From a virus (taxonomy: Duplodnaviria > Caudoviricetes): a DNA stretch of 38,241 nt. Shown here one piece after another: positions 6,445-16,508 of this stretch (position 1 is its first letter; every line of letters starts with the position of its first letter). The notes under the pieces were generated by a model that did no database searches, was not told the origin of the DNA, and worked only from the letters and a program-made list of their open reading frames with translations. The position numbers were made by a program, and so were the translations under genes. The DNA lies in the IMG/VR virus record IMGVR_UViG_3300017914_001399, positions 1 to 38,241 of that record; one strand, written 5' to 3'.

Positions 6445-8888
6445 ATTCTTTGTACAGTGGTACTTGTTTTTCCATCCCCTGTTATTTGCTGCTCAATATC
6501 GTCCACGGTTCGACTTGTAGGAGTAACATTTAGGGGGTGTGAAGCATCCAAACCTTGTAGTTTATACAACTCGTCAAGTTGGGTTGCTTCTTCAGGAGTT
6601 AACCCTGTTGTGCTTGTCTCTTTAACAAAGACAGCAGGGGGGTTTATTTGTATAGAGTTAGAGGAGTTAGAGATAATAGTATTACCATTATCTTTTTCTA
6701 CCCATATATTATTAATCTGTAAAGGCGTTGATTTTATATTATCCCAAGTAATATCATATATGCTAGTTAAGTTAGTTAATTTGTTTATTTGGCTCCAATT
6801 AAAAGAACCAAAAGCTTCAGCTATCCCTACAGAGGTAGTAATGAAATAGTGATACCACGCCCCTATATCTGGCCCCTCAATAACATTATCCAACTCATTA
6901 AAATCAAATTCCATATTACCTGAATCCCAACTAATCCCTGTCACTGTAGAGCCATCTACCCCATAATCTAAATAGACCTGATTTTCTTGTTGGGATATGA
7001 GAGTACTCCAACCTGTAGAGCTTGCAATAACAGTGGCAGTAAATTCCAACTTATCTATCTTAGCTAGTCTTAACTCTATTACGTCCCCAATGGAATAACC
7101 CACGCCTTCTTCATATGAAGCTGTGTAAGTTGTCCCTGCTACCACATCATTGTACACTTCAGTAGCTGTAGTTGTGTTGAATATTCTCAATCTAGAGCCT
7201 GATGATATACCTGTAATTGATATATCTCTTGGGGGTAATACTGTCCCATTAACGTCCGTCCTTGTCCCCGTAAAAATAGCTCCATTAGTTAGTGTTATAG
7301 TTCCAGTAGTAACCATATCACCAGTATAGTTACTAGCTTTTATTGTTAGAGTGTTACCACTTAGATTAAAAACACTTGCAGTAGCATCTATGACCACATC
7401 TAAGTCCCTACAATCAATAAGATTACCTGAAAGTTCTAACGTTGTTTGAGACTCCCCTGAATAGGAATCATAAAGCTCCGCTTTTGACCTGTCATAAAGT
7501 TTCTGTGAAGTTTCTAATTCGGTGTATGTATCAACAATAGTCTTATCTGTCTCTGTAATACTAGAATCTAGCGTCAAGATTCTGGTTAACCCTATAGCTG
7601 AACTTTGTTTCAACTCTACCTCTTGGATAGCAAGATTGTGAAGATAGCTTATAAATTGGATATCAAACCTATCCTCCCCTATTACTTGGGTTTTACCATA
7701 TAAATCATACTCTGTAACTGTAGAGCCTAATGTATCATCATATATCCTACCCGTTAAGATTTTAAATTCTTGAGTTAAACCAGAAGGATTTGTAACGTCA
7801 GAATAGAGCGCATACGTTGAGCCTGAAAAATCCCTATTACCAATAAAATCCCCGCCTATAGAACCATTATCTCTATTGCCGCTGTCCGTTGTAGGTATTC
7901 TCACTTTACAATTTTCTATAGCTTGGAAAGCTGTATCTTGGACTTCAATTTCAATTTTTTGAAATATAGCTAAATGGTTAATCGCATTTGGTGCAACGTA
8001 GTTAATCCTAACTCCCGTACCTACATCTGTATTAGTTAACTCTACCGCTTGGTTATCTGAGGGAGTGGTGCTGTTACCTACTAACTGAAAATCGTAAGTA
8101 TTGAAATTTTTCTGAAGTACTACATTTTCTAATGTCACTGTACCAGATGGGGAAGCCACTCCTGTTTCAGCCCTGTGGGGCTGTATAAAACTGTTTCGGA
8201 ATACTCCAGAAAAGGTATCTATTCCTCCTAAATTAATGAAACGTTGAGGGATATTCTTTGCATCAAATTCCACATCATTAAGACGTAGGATATTAGCTGG
8301 AGATTCATTTCTTATGGTTTGTTTTCCTAAATTGAAAGTAGTCAAGTCTACGATTCTTGTCCCATTAAATGTGCAAACACCCGCATCCGTGGCTACTTTT
8401 AAGCAACTAGCAAGTTGCACTTCTGAACCGTTAACAGTTAATACCCCCGCATCATCTATTAACATACCTTCCCTAGTAACTGTCCCTAGTGGGTCTAAGG
8501 GTTGTTGAAAATCCCTACCTATAACTATACCTACTCCTTGAGAATATCTAGGACTCCCATCTGGATTAGTCCCTTGTTGTACCCCTACTGTGAGACTTGC
8601 GCCAAGGCCTGTTACTCTTAGGGCATAATTATATGCTGAGGGGTTATTTTCAAAATCATTACCAATTACCAATGATTCTTCAGAGGGGTCAAAAGTGACA
8701 GAGCCTAATATTAATAAAGGTCTTTGCAAGAAATAAATTTTCTGCCCTGTCCAACCAAGAGGGAATCCAAGGTTAGTTACAGGAGGAATGTTGTATTGTG
8801 TGAATGGGGCTAGACCTGATATATCAGTATCTGTCCCTGTCTGCTCAATATATTGGAAACCCGAAACAGTTCTTAAAGTAAAAGACAT
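6441..8888 (-). CDS. Large beta-rich virion protein (fibre or spike-like, 815 aa)
   Basis: T/S/G/N-rich beta-strand composition; late arm; SD AGAGG. Confidence 0.65.
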   Translation of the reverse strand: MSFTLRTVSGFQYIEQTGTDTDISGLAPFTQYNIPPVTNLGFPLGWTGQKIYFLQRPLLILGSVTFDPSEESLVIGNDFENNPSAYNYALRVTGLGASLTVGVQQGTNPDGSPRYSQGVGIVIGRDFQQPLDPLGTVTREGMLIDDAGVLTVNGSEVQLASCLKVATDAGVCTFNGTRIVDLTTFNLGKQTIRNESPANILRLNDVEFDAKNIPQRFINLGGIDTFSGVFRNSFIQPHRAETGVASPSGTVTLENVVLQKNFNTYDFQLVGNSTTPSDNQAVELTNTDVGTGVRINYVAPNAINHLAIFQKIEIEVQDTAFQAIENCKVRIPTTDSGNRDNGSIGGDFIGNRDFSGSTYALYSDVTNPSGLTQEFKILTGRIYDDTLGSTVTEYDLYGKTQVIGEDRFDIQFISYLHNLAIQEVELKQSSAIGLTRILTLDSSITETDKTIVDTYTELETSQKLYDRSKAELYDSYSGESQTTLELSGNLIDCRDLDVVIDATASVFNLSGNTLTIKASNYTGDMVTTGTITLTNGAIFTGTRTDVNGTVLPPRDISITGISSGSRLRIFNTTTATEVYNDVVAGTTYTASYEEGVGYSIGDVIELRLAKIDKLEFTATVIASSTGWSTLISQQENQVYLDYGVDGSTVTGISWDSGNMEFDFNELDNVIEGPDIGAWYHYFITTSVGIAEAFGSFNWSQINKLTNLTSIYDITWDNIKSTPLQINNIWVEKDNGNTIISNSSNSIQINPPAVFVKETSTTGLTPEEATQLDELYKLQGLDASHPLNVTPTSRTVDDIEQQITGDGKTSTTVQRI

Positions 8889-8894
8889 CCTCTA

Positions 8895-9440
8895 TTATTC
8901 CCCTATAGGTTTAATTTTTATTTCAGATATAAAACCACCTTGTCTTTCTATTTTCATTTTATATTCTTGTTTCCTTGATTTTTCTATGGTTCGAGTTAGG
9001 TTTTCGTTAGAAGTTAATACAGAATTCACTAAATCCTCATTACTACTTTTTACAGTATTAAAAAAATCTAAAATATTTTTCTCTAAATTTTTAATTTGTT
9101 CAGCATTATTTTTAATAAATTCCTCATAAGAACTTAAATCTAATTTAGAAATAATTTCCCTATTGTTCTCCATAATAGCTTCTGTCTTATTTAACATATC
9201 TTCCGATATGAATTTCAAAGACTTATCTAATTCCTCCTTTTTAGTTTCAACAGCTTTTTGGTTCAATTCCACAACTTTATCTATAGCTTGTTTTAAGTCT
9301 TCTTTTTGGTCAGCTTTTAAAATTAAAAGAGCTTCTTTAACGAGTTTGTTACTTTCAGCGTGAGATTTTACGGCTGTCTCTAATCTTTCCGTGTCAGTGG
9401 TTATCCTTTTTAATTCAGGTATTTTTTTAATGTTACCCAT
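8895..9440 (-). CDS. Coiled-coil protein with C-terminal beta-hairpin
   Basis: K/E/L-rich helical sequence ending KIERQGGFISEIKIKP; ATG 9440 overlaps the upstream stop region. Confidence 0.7.
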   Translation of the reverse strand: MGNIKKIPELKRITTDTERLETAVKSHAESNKLVKEALLILKADQKEDLKQAIDKVVELNQKAVETKKEELDKSLKFISEDMLNKTEAIMENNREIISKLDLSSYEEFIKNNAEQIKNLEKNILDFFNTVKSSNEDLVNSVLTSNENLTRTIEKSRKQEYKMKIERQGGFISEIKIKPIGE

Positions 9441-11406
9441 CAATTCTTACTCCATTTTGTATGATGATTTTTTCACCATCCTCTAAATACGTTCCATCTG
9501 GAAAAGAAGAATAATCTTTTTCAATTTCAATTTTCCCTGTTGGAGTTAGTTCACTATCACTCCCTCCACTAACCAACCTTTCACCCATCTGTCCACTACC
9601 AACTCTCCTAGTCTCCTTAACTCCTTTATTATTTGAGATAAGTCTTTCATAGAAAGAATTAAGAATGTCCTCTTGAATATCTATATCTCCTGATTTAGCT
9701 ATATCAATAGCTTTATTAATATTGGAAATATTCTTATTAATACGGGACTCTTTAGTTCTTAGTGTAATGTTCATCGGTCTTCCAGTAGTTTGAGGAAGTA
9801 GCTTCACTTTACCTTCCGAACTAACCTCAAACTTCCAGCCATTAAGTTTAGCATCTTCTACTACCTTTAGAATACCAGATTGGGTATCACTTAAAGCTTT
9901 TAAAACTACTTCCCTAGATGTAGCATCTAATACAGCTTTCTGTTGAGGGTTCAAGGCGTTTTTAAAAGTTTGAAAGGAAGGACTAACAATTTCATCAACC
10001 ACTAACTCAATACCTTCTACTTCCCCTTCCACTAAATCTGAAAAGTATCTAGCGTAGTTCTTAGCTGTTAAATCCTTATCTCCCTCTGATAAACTAGCTA
10101 CAGGTCGCTTAGAAGTTTTAGTAGCGGCTACATAGAAATTCCTTGAATCTTGGGGACTAACCTCTACACCTTCCCCGTAACCTATAAACTTTCCTATCTG
10201 GTCGGGCGTGTCGAGTGAGAAGTAACTTTCAACTTCACCAGCAACACTTGTCTCTAATGGTTCAAAAGCTTCAGGATTAGAAGCTCCCACTGTACGTAGA
10301 ACATCTGTTACTGCAACATTCCCGCCTACAGCCCTAATACGCATTAGCTGTGGAAGAGCCTCAAAAGCGTCCATTTCCCCTTTTGTTACAAGAGTTGATA
10401 GCATGTCTTGCATTTGCTTTAAAGAATCAAAATCTGAGCTATTTATGGCCTCTTTGAAGCTGTTTAGGGTACGTACCATATTATCCTGATAGAACTTTGT
10501 TCTGTTAATACCATCTTGGCTATTAGAAAAAATGAAAGCTTCTACAGTACTACTAGCCCCTAAATTAACCATCTGAACATAAGACTCTATTATTTCTGAA
10601 GATGTTCTTTTTAATTGCTGTATAGACTGTGTTTGCATTTTAACATCATCACCTAAATCCCCAATATTAGTGATAGCTTTTGAGAAGCTATTAAGGAGTG
10701 TAGGAAGAGAGGAATTTATTTTAGTTCTAGTAGACTTACTGTACTCTGAAGCAGCTTTTATATTAGCTTTCTTGGCCTCTAATAGAGCATTCTTTTCTTG
10801 CTTGTCAGCAGCATCCCTCTCACTGGACATACGGTTGTAGCTGTTAACAATCTCCGCCATTGTCTCTTCTGACACTACATCCCCAGCACCTAATGGTAAA
10901 TTTGCTATTACAAAAGCAGGGTCACTCCCTTTTAGTAAGTTAAAAGCGGATTCCACAGAGGACTCTTTTTCTAAAGCCTCTTGCTCTTCTTTCAATGCTT
11001 TTCTAATTGAAGAAGCTGTAGTAGGACTTTTTCTCCAAGATTGAATCTCTTTCCTTAATCTATCGGAACGTAAAAGGTCTTTACCTCCTTCTTTACGTAT
11101 CAGATTCTCTAATTCATTTTCTAATCTAAATTCTGAAACTTTATCATTCATTGCTAAATCTGTATAAGTTCTTTTAATATTTTCTACGGACTTAGTAATT
11201 TCCATTTCTTCAGCTTTAAGTCTTTCTTCCTCTGCAATAGCTTCAGACTCCAGCCTAGCTTTTTCTTCAAGAGCTTCCCCCCTTCGGTAAACATCCAAGA
11301 GAAAACTCGCACCTTGTATAATATCCCCAGCAGTGCTATTCCCACCTTGAAGTTGAGCTGCTTGGGGCACTTTTACATCTGAAAGTTTTTTAGTAAACTC
11401 AGCCAT
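9433..11406 (-). CDS. Internal virion (ejection) protein, putative
   Basis: 657 aa, helical; follows the large internal protein gene. Confidence 0.65.
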   Translation of the reverse strand: MAEFTKKLSDVKVPQAAQLQGGNSTAGDIIQGASFLLDVYRRGEALEEKARLESEAIAEEERLKAEEMEITKSVENIKRTYTDLAMNDKVSEFRLENELENLIRKEGGKDLLRSDRLRKEIQSWRKSPTTASSIRKALKEEQEALEKESSVESAFNLLKGSDPAFVIANLPLGAGDVVSEETMAEIVNSYNRMSSERDAADKQEKNALLEAKKANIKAASEYSKSTRTKINSSLPTLLNSFSKAITNIGDLGDDVKMQTQSIQQLKRTSSEIIESYVQMVNLGASSTVEAFIFSNSQDGINRTKFYQDNMVRTLNSFKEAINSSDFDSLKQMQDMLSTLVTKGEMDAFEALPQLMRIRAVGGNVAVTDVLRTVGASNPEAFEPLETSVAGEVESYFSLDTPDQIGKFIGYGEGVEVSPQDSRNFYVAATKTSKRPVASLSEGDKDLTAKNYARYFSDLVEGEVEGIELVVDEIVSPSFQTFKNALNPQQKAVLDATSREVVLKALSDTQSGILKVVEDAKLNGWKFEVSSEGKVKLLPQTTGRPMNITLRTKESRINKNISNINKAIDIAKSGDIDIQEDILNSFYERLISNNKGVKETRRVGSGQMGERLVSGGSDSELTPTGKIEIEKDYSSFPDGTYLEDGEKIIIQNGVRIDG

Positions 11407-11408
11407 TA

Positions 11409-14400
11409 TTAATTATCCTCTGGTACAACAATCATCTGTTGTTTTCTATTTAAGTTGTCGTAGTATCCTGAGCGTTTGTTCTCAGCAATAACACCTCGAA
11501 TCACTTCCTTTTTAATTCCGTCACTTTCAAAGTCACTAAACCTGATTTTAATCCCATCTAGTAAAACTTTCTTTTCTTCTTCATCATCCGTTTCAAGGAT
11601 TCTATTATGAAGGAAAAGGATATCCTCAATTCCATTTTTTATGATGTCCTGCCTATAACCCTTCTTAGCAAATAAAGTCCCTAAGTCTTCATATACTTGA
11701 GGTGTAAAGCCTGCAATATTTGCTACAAGCTCATTAGTCGTAATAGGCGCTAACTTTCTACCATAGCTGTCATACAATTTACCAGTGTTCCAACCAAGAT
11801 AAGCTTTATACGCATTACTAAATGTACTAACCTGCCCTGCTACAGCTAAAAAAGCTGCCTCTGAAACATTAGATAAATCAGGGTTGTTCATAGCGGAGTA
11901 AGCTCTATTGATATCTATAAAAGTATCAAAGGCTCTATTAGTTGTACTACCACCCGCACCTAATACAAAATCAATAGGAGTATCTGTTAAAATGGAATCT
12001 AGTATATCTGTGAGGAATGTCCCTAAGCCCGCCCTAGCTGAAATGTTAGTATCTACATCAAAAGCTGCAAGCATAGCCCCATCAATTATACCATTAAATA
12101 TTAATTTATCCAAGACTTCTTTACTTTCAGGAATAGCTTCTGGGTCTCTAGCTGAAATATACTTCTCAACTGTATCTAATATCGGAATACCTGCTGTACC
12201 GTACAAAGCAAAGTAAGAGAGAAACATTCCAGCCTTTTCTTGTGGTGTAAACTGCTTACCCGCAAAAGCCCCTATTGCTCTCATAGGATATGACATAAAC
12301 TGAGTTACAATACCCCTTATACCGCCTTTAGTAATTTGTTGCATATCAATACGAGACATACCAAAAGTAAGTCTGTGTGTCTCGTTAGATATATACTCTT
12401 TACCTTTAACAGAAATCGGGGATTCCTTATTAGGATTAATAGTGTTATCATTAATCCATTTACGTCTAGCTGTAAGGTAAGCCACCATTCTAGGTATGTT
12501 TTCCCCTTCTTCAAAGAAAAACCTCCCTGCTTCTGCAACTCTAGAAAGTTTTCCTCCAACCAAAGCATTACTTCCATTAAGAGCATCTACGTAAGCTAGA
12601 TTGCCCCCATAGGATTCGAAACCTAAAGCCCTGTATTCCTGTACAAGCTCTTTGAAATCCCCTAAGTCTGAAAACTCTTCCCCAAGTTTTTTAGAAATTT
12701 CTTCTACTACTTTAGGGTCATTGGAAATCAAAGCTGCTCTAAGTGGGAAATATTGTGATAGCGACTTCATTCCATATTTAGGACTCATAGCAACTATTAC
12801 AGGAGCATGTAAAGCCTGTATAATAAAACTAGCGGGGTTAAACATCCCTAATTTAGCATTGAATGTAATATTTCTTAAAGTCCCTGTAGGATTGCTCAGA
12901 GACTCACTGACACTAGCTGTTACTTTTGACCTTTTAGTAGGGTCTAGTACTCCTAGTTTTTCAGCTTTACCTGTAAACTTCCATACGATATTTTCTACTT
13001 TCTGTTGGAAAACTCTATCCGTTCCATTCTGATAACCTAATAATTCTTTTAAGAAAACTTGATGTCCTTTGATTGTTTCCTCTAAACCTAATTTTTTCCC
13101 TTTACTCGTTACTCCAGCTTCTAGTAAATTAGTGATAGGCGCTCTATTATCAGACACAACGTATTTACCAAATACTTCCTTAAATCTTTTTAAAGTGAAG
13201 TCTTTATACTCACTAAAAGCTACATTATTTGAGGTTACGTCAAAACTCCTAGAAAGCGACTCAAACGGGTCAGTTATATTAGAAGTGTCTCCATTGATGT
13301 TAGGAACAACTTCTCCTCTTTTGTCATACTTACTACCTGAACTACCTAAAGACTTAGGCGTATCTGAAAAATCAGTATAGTCTCCTTGAATGTCTATAGT
13401 TTCCCTATTCCTTAAAGGTACTAAATTTGTGTCTAGTGAAATATCATTGTCTGCCACTTTACCGATAAATTCATCAAAAGTTATTCCCATTTCTATTCCA
13501 TCAAAAGACTCTTTAGCTACTGCGCGGGAAATAAGTCCACTTTCCATATTCTTTAATAAACCTAAACCTTTGTTAAACTTATCAACAAACTCATTGGCTT
13601 CAGGCATACTATCTGCCGAAAATAGAGTTTTATCCCTTAATCTATAAGATGTACCATCAGAATAATTCCCTAATCTGGCTTGCTTAATCCAGATAGTATT
13701 AGCATCATACCCTCTACGTCCACCAGCCAAATAGGGTTTTTGTATTAAATCCAACTCTGAAAGTGTATATGTTCCTTTAGGGAGAGCTATTAACTCCGCA
13801 GGGTTTCCTTTCATATTCCCTGCGTTAATAAAGCTGTCAACAGAGTTTCTATCAATACGTAATATATCCATAGAAGCTAGAGCTTGTTTGTTAATTGAAT
13901 CCAGTTCAAAAGTTTCACCTGTAGTGACATCATAAACTTTACCTTTAGAAGTTGCCCCTGCAATCTTAGCATTAACCCCTTCAGGTATACCGTCACCTTC
14001 TAATTTGTTTAACCCTTGATTAACTAAACTATCCCTAGCAGCTTTATTATCTAACTTCCACATAAAGTCATTCACTTGTTTATATGTACCGTAAGATAAT
14101 ACTTCGGCATCTGTGGGAGCTTTACCGTTTAAAAGTTGATAGTTTTCTTTAAACTGTTCAATAGTAAACCAACCTACATTGTTGCCATCAGCTAAACCTT
14201 CATCCACTAAATCCTGATTTTTCTGTATAACCCTTGAAACACTAGCTTTAGATTTTTTATTAAGCTTACCCCAACTATTTAAAGCTACCTTTTTAACTCC
14301 ACTCTCTAGGGCATTTTTAACACCCTCACTAAGTCTACCTTTAGATACAAAATCGGGCATAACCCAATTATCAATATTATCAAAAAGTCTACGCGCTCTT

Positions 14401-15767
14401 CCAATTTGTTTAGGTGCTAGTTTTAAAGAATCCTTTACAGCTTGACTATCCACATTAGCTCTAGCTACCCATCCTCCACTTTTTAATTTGACAGCTACAC
14501 CTTCTAAACCTTTATCCTTTAAAGCTCTGAGTGCATATCCCTGACTAGAATAAGGGTTATTCTCTTTGTTATATAAATCAAAAGTGACAGTGTTATCAGC
14601 GTTAACACGGAAGTTACCTAATTTAGCTTTTGTGAAGTCTTGGTTAACCTCTTTACTAATTAGATTACGTATAATACCTTTTTCTTCTGTATCTAAAAAT
14701 CTCTCAGTAGAAGGAGTGGAAGCTCTTTTTTCCATATCATCTAAGATACGTTCATTCCTTTTCAACTCTTCCTGTATCTTCCCGAAAGGCTGTAAATCCA
14801 CATCATCTGAAACACTTAAACCTATAGTGTCGTACACTTCTTTATTTTCAATTTTATCACTAATTAACGACTTAGTTTCACCTAAATCTTTTAAAGTTGC
14901 AGAGGTTTGGTTTCTAAAAATAGAACTTCCCTTAATACCTAAACCTGTAAAGAATATTTCAGCATAACCAAAAGCATTAGCATTAGCTATCTGAGAAGGG
15001 TCAGACCTAAAAGCAATCGCTAATTGGTCTTCCGTCCAAGCTTCGTTGTTTATTAAAAAATATGCTGCTGAAATCTCTTCATCAAATTCCTCTAAAACTA
15101 ATTGTGCTTCTTCTACAGACCTCGCATTGTTAAACCTTTTACCCATTTCTTCCAACTTATCAGCATAAGAAATCTCACCTGTAGCTATAACGGAAGATAT
15201 AAAATCTAAAGGAGTTAAGAATGTAGCAGCTAAATCTACAGCATAATTCAACCAACCTCTATCTTCTGCCATTTTCCTATAATGGGCTTCTTTGTTTTGA
15301 AGTAGGAGCTGCTTACTTGACAATAAGCTTAAAGATTCCATTTCTGTAGGAGTCTTCTCTATTATATCTCTCCACTGTGGGTCTTTTAATATATCGAAAG
15401 TTACACCATTAATAACATCTTTTTCAAAAACCTCAGGAGTTTCATTTGCTACGCGAAGACCTTCTAATGCTGAAGTTAAAGATTCTACATTTTTCTCAGG
15501 AGAAATAGATGTATCATAAACTAACTTTTCGGCTTGTACTATTTTCTCTGTTTTAGCCGTGTTAGTTATTTGTGACTTCAAGGAATCAAAAGAAAAAGCT
15601 TGTGCTTCATTTTCCGTTTGCTTTAGAGATTTTTCTCCATAAGGCCGTTCTGCAATATTAATCTGTTTAGTACTGTCCCTCTCTTCCTCTGGAGTAAGTG
15701 CTACAGTCTCAGCTACATTGACTGAAGGGACGTTAATAACATTCGCATTAGGTACTTTGATTTTCAC
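11409..15767 (-). CDS. Large internal virion (ejection) protein, 1452 aa
   Basis: Size and position after the gp13/gp14-like genes; Gly-rich hydrophobic C-terminal third; GTG start 7 nt after GGAG. Confidence 0.75.
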   Translation of the reverse strand: MKIKVPNANVINVPSVNVAETVALTPEEERDSTKQINIAERPYGEKSLKQTENEAQAFSFDSLKSQITNTAKTEKIVQAEKLVYDTSISPEKNVESLTSALEGLRVANETPEVFEKDVINGVTFDILKDPQWRDIIEKTPTEMESLSLLSSKQLLLQNKEAHYRKMAEDRGWLNYAVDLAATFLTPLDFISSVIATGEISYADKLEEMGKRFNNARSVEEAQLVLEEFDEEISAAYFLINNEAWTEDQLAIAFRSDPSQIANANAFGYAEIFFTGLGIKGSSIFRNQTSATLKDLGETKSLISDKIENKEVYDTIGLSVSDDVDLQPFGKIQEELKRNERILDDMEKRASTPSTERFLDTEEKGIIRNLISKEVNQDFTKAKLGNFRVNADNTVTFDLYNKENNPYSSQGYALRALKDKGLEGVAVKLKSGGWVARANVDSQAVKDSLKLAPKQIGRARRLFDNIDNWVMPDFVSKGRLSEGVKNALESGVKKVALNSWGKLNKKSKASVSRVIQKNQDLVDEGLADGNNVGWFTIEQFKENYQLLNGKAPTDAEVLSYGTYKQVNDFMWKLDNKAARDSLVNQGLNKLEGDGIPEGVNAKIAGATSKGKVYDVTTGETFELDSINKQALASMDILRIDRNSVDSFINAGNMKGNPAELIALPKGTYTLSELDLIQKPYLAGGRRGYDANTIWIKQARLGNYSDGTSYRLRDKTLFSADSMPEANEFVDKFNKGLGLLKNMESGLISRAVAKESFDGIEMGITFDEFIGKVADNDISLDTNLVPLRNRETIDIQGDYTDFSDTPKSLGSSGSKYDKRGEVVPNINGDTSNITDPFESLSRSFDVTSNNVAFSEYKDFTLKRFKEVFGKYVVSDNRAPITNLLEAGVTSKGKKLGLEETIKGHQVFLKELLGYQNGTDRVFQQKVENIVWKFTGKAEKLGVLDPTKRSKVTASVSESLSNPTGTLRNITFNAKLGMFNPASFIIQALHAPVIVAMSPKYGMKSLSQYFPLRAALISNDPKVVEEISKKLGEEFSDLGDFKELVQEYRALGFESYGGNLAYVDALNGSNALVGGKLSRVAEAGRFFFEEGENIPRMVAYLTARRKWINDNTINPNKESPISVKGKEYISNETHRLTFGMSRIDMQQITKGGIRGIVTQFMSYPMRAIGAFAGKQFTPQEKAGMFLSYFALYGTAGIPILDTVEKYISARDPEAIPESKEVLDKLIFNGIIDGAMLAAFDVDTNISARAGLGTFLTDILDSILTDTPIDFVLGAGGSTTNRAFDTFIDINRAYSAMNNPDLSNVSEAAFLAVAGQVSTFSNAYKAYLGWNTGKLYDSYGRKLAPITTNELVANIAGFTPQVYEDLGTLFAKKGYRQDIIKNGIEDILFLHNRILETDDEEEKKVLLDGIKIRFSDFESDGIKKEVIRGVIAENKRSGYYDNLNRKQQMIVVPEDN

Positions 15768-15770
15768 CCA

Positions 15771-16199
15771 TTAACTCCACTTAGTAAATCCATCTGTTTC
15801 TTGACTTATAGCTGTGGCTGTTTGAGTTAAAGCTCGGATATCCGCAGCATTACCCGCAAAGTCTGAAGCTTTCTGCCTACTTCTAGCTACTTGTTGCTGT
15901 AAAGATTCCATTTGATTAAGGAAAGCTATATTCCCTGCTGCTTGTGTACCAATACTAGCTACACCACCTTGTAATCCGCTAGCACCTAATGTGCCTGTTT
16001 GAGCACCTTGAGCTATTACTTGCGCTCTAGCCATTTGGGATTCACGTAATTGCATCATACGTTGCCTTTGTGTTTCTCTCTCACTAATACGTTGTTGTAC
16101 TCTAGCAGCCCTTTTAGATTCCTTTCTAGCTTGACTACCTTGTTGTATTCCGGCTACTGTACCTACAGCAGCTATAGTAGCTGTTACGGGTTCACACAT
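15771..16199 (-). CDS. Internal virion protein, T7 gp14-like
   Basis: MCEP start, hydrophobic Ala/Gly N-terminus, A/Q/R-rich helix. Confidence 0.8.
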   Translation of the reverse strand: MCEPVTATIAAVGTVAGIQQGSQARKESKRAARVQQRISERETQRQRMMQLRESQMARAQVIAQGAQTGTLGASGLQGGVASIGTQAAGNIAFLNQMESLQQQVARSRQKASDFAGNAADIRALTQTATAISQETDGFTKWS

Positions 16200-16507
16200 T
16201 TCATTAACACTCCTATCTCTTTACCTTCACTATTATAAAGGGAATCAATATCTTCAAACCCTAACATTTCTGCAAATTTGGTAAGCTTGTTATTATTACT
16301 TACGCAAAATAATTCTTTATTAGGTGCTTCATTTAAGATTAAAACTAAAATGTCTAAAAGTTTCTTATAACAACTAACAGACCAATTTAAAACATAACAA
16401 TGCATTATCCAGCCAATAGAGCTATCTTCTATATACACTTCAGTGTCATTATCCTTAAAAACTGAGGGGTGTTGAATACTGTTAAAATATTTAATATCCA
16501 CCACCAT
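16184..16507 (-). CDS. GNAT-fold-like protein in the T7 gp13 position
   Basis: N.KLTKFAEMLGF motif; synteny between nozzle and gp14-like gene; ATG 16507 preferred as start. Confidence 0.6.
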   Translation of the reverse strand: MVVDIKYFNSIQHPSVFKDNDTEVYIEDSSIGWIMHCYVLNWSVSCYKKLLDILVLILNEAPNKELFCVSNNNKLTKFAEMLGFEDIDSLYNSEGKEIGVLMKCVNP

Positions 16508-16508
16508 T

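Noticed and set aside
11908-14967. Several 85-133 aa + strand ORFs inside the 1452-aa gene, and similar antisense ORFs elsewhere
   Set aside because: They are antisense shadows of long coding genes, with S/L/P-rich composition and no recognisable motifs.
15748-15771. ATG overlapping the gp14-like stop (MGENQST-stop), suggesting a frameshifted start for the 1452-aa gene
   Set aside because: The GGAG SD is 7 nt from the in-frame GTG but only 3 nt from this ATG, so the GTG start explains the locus.
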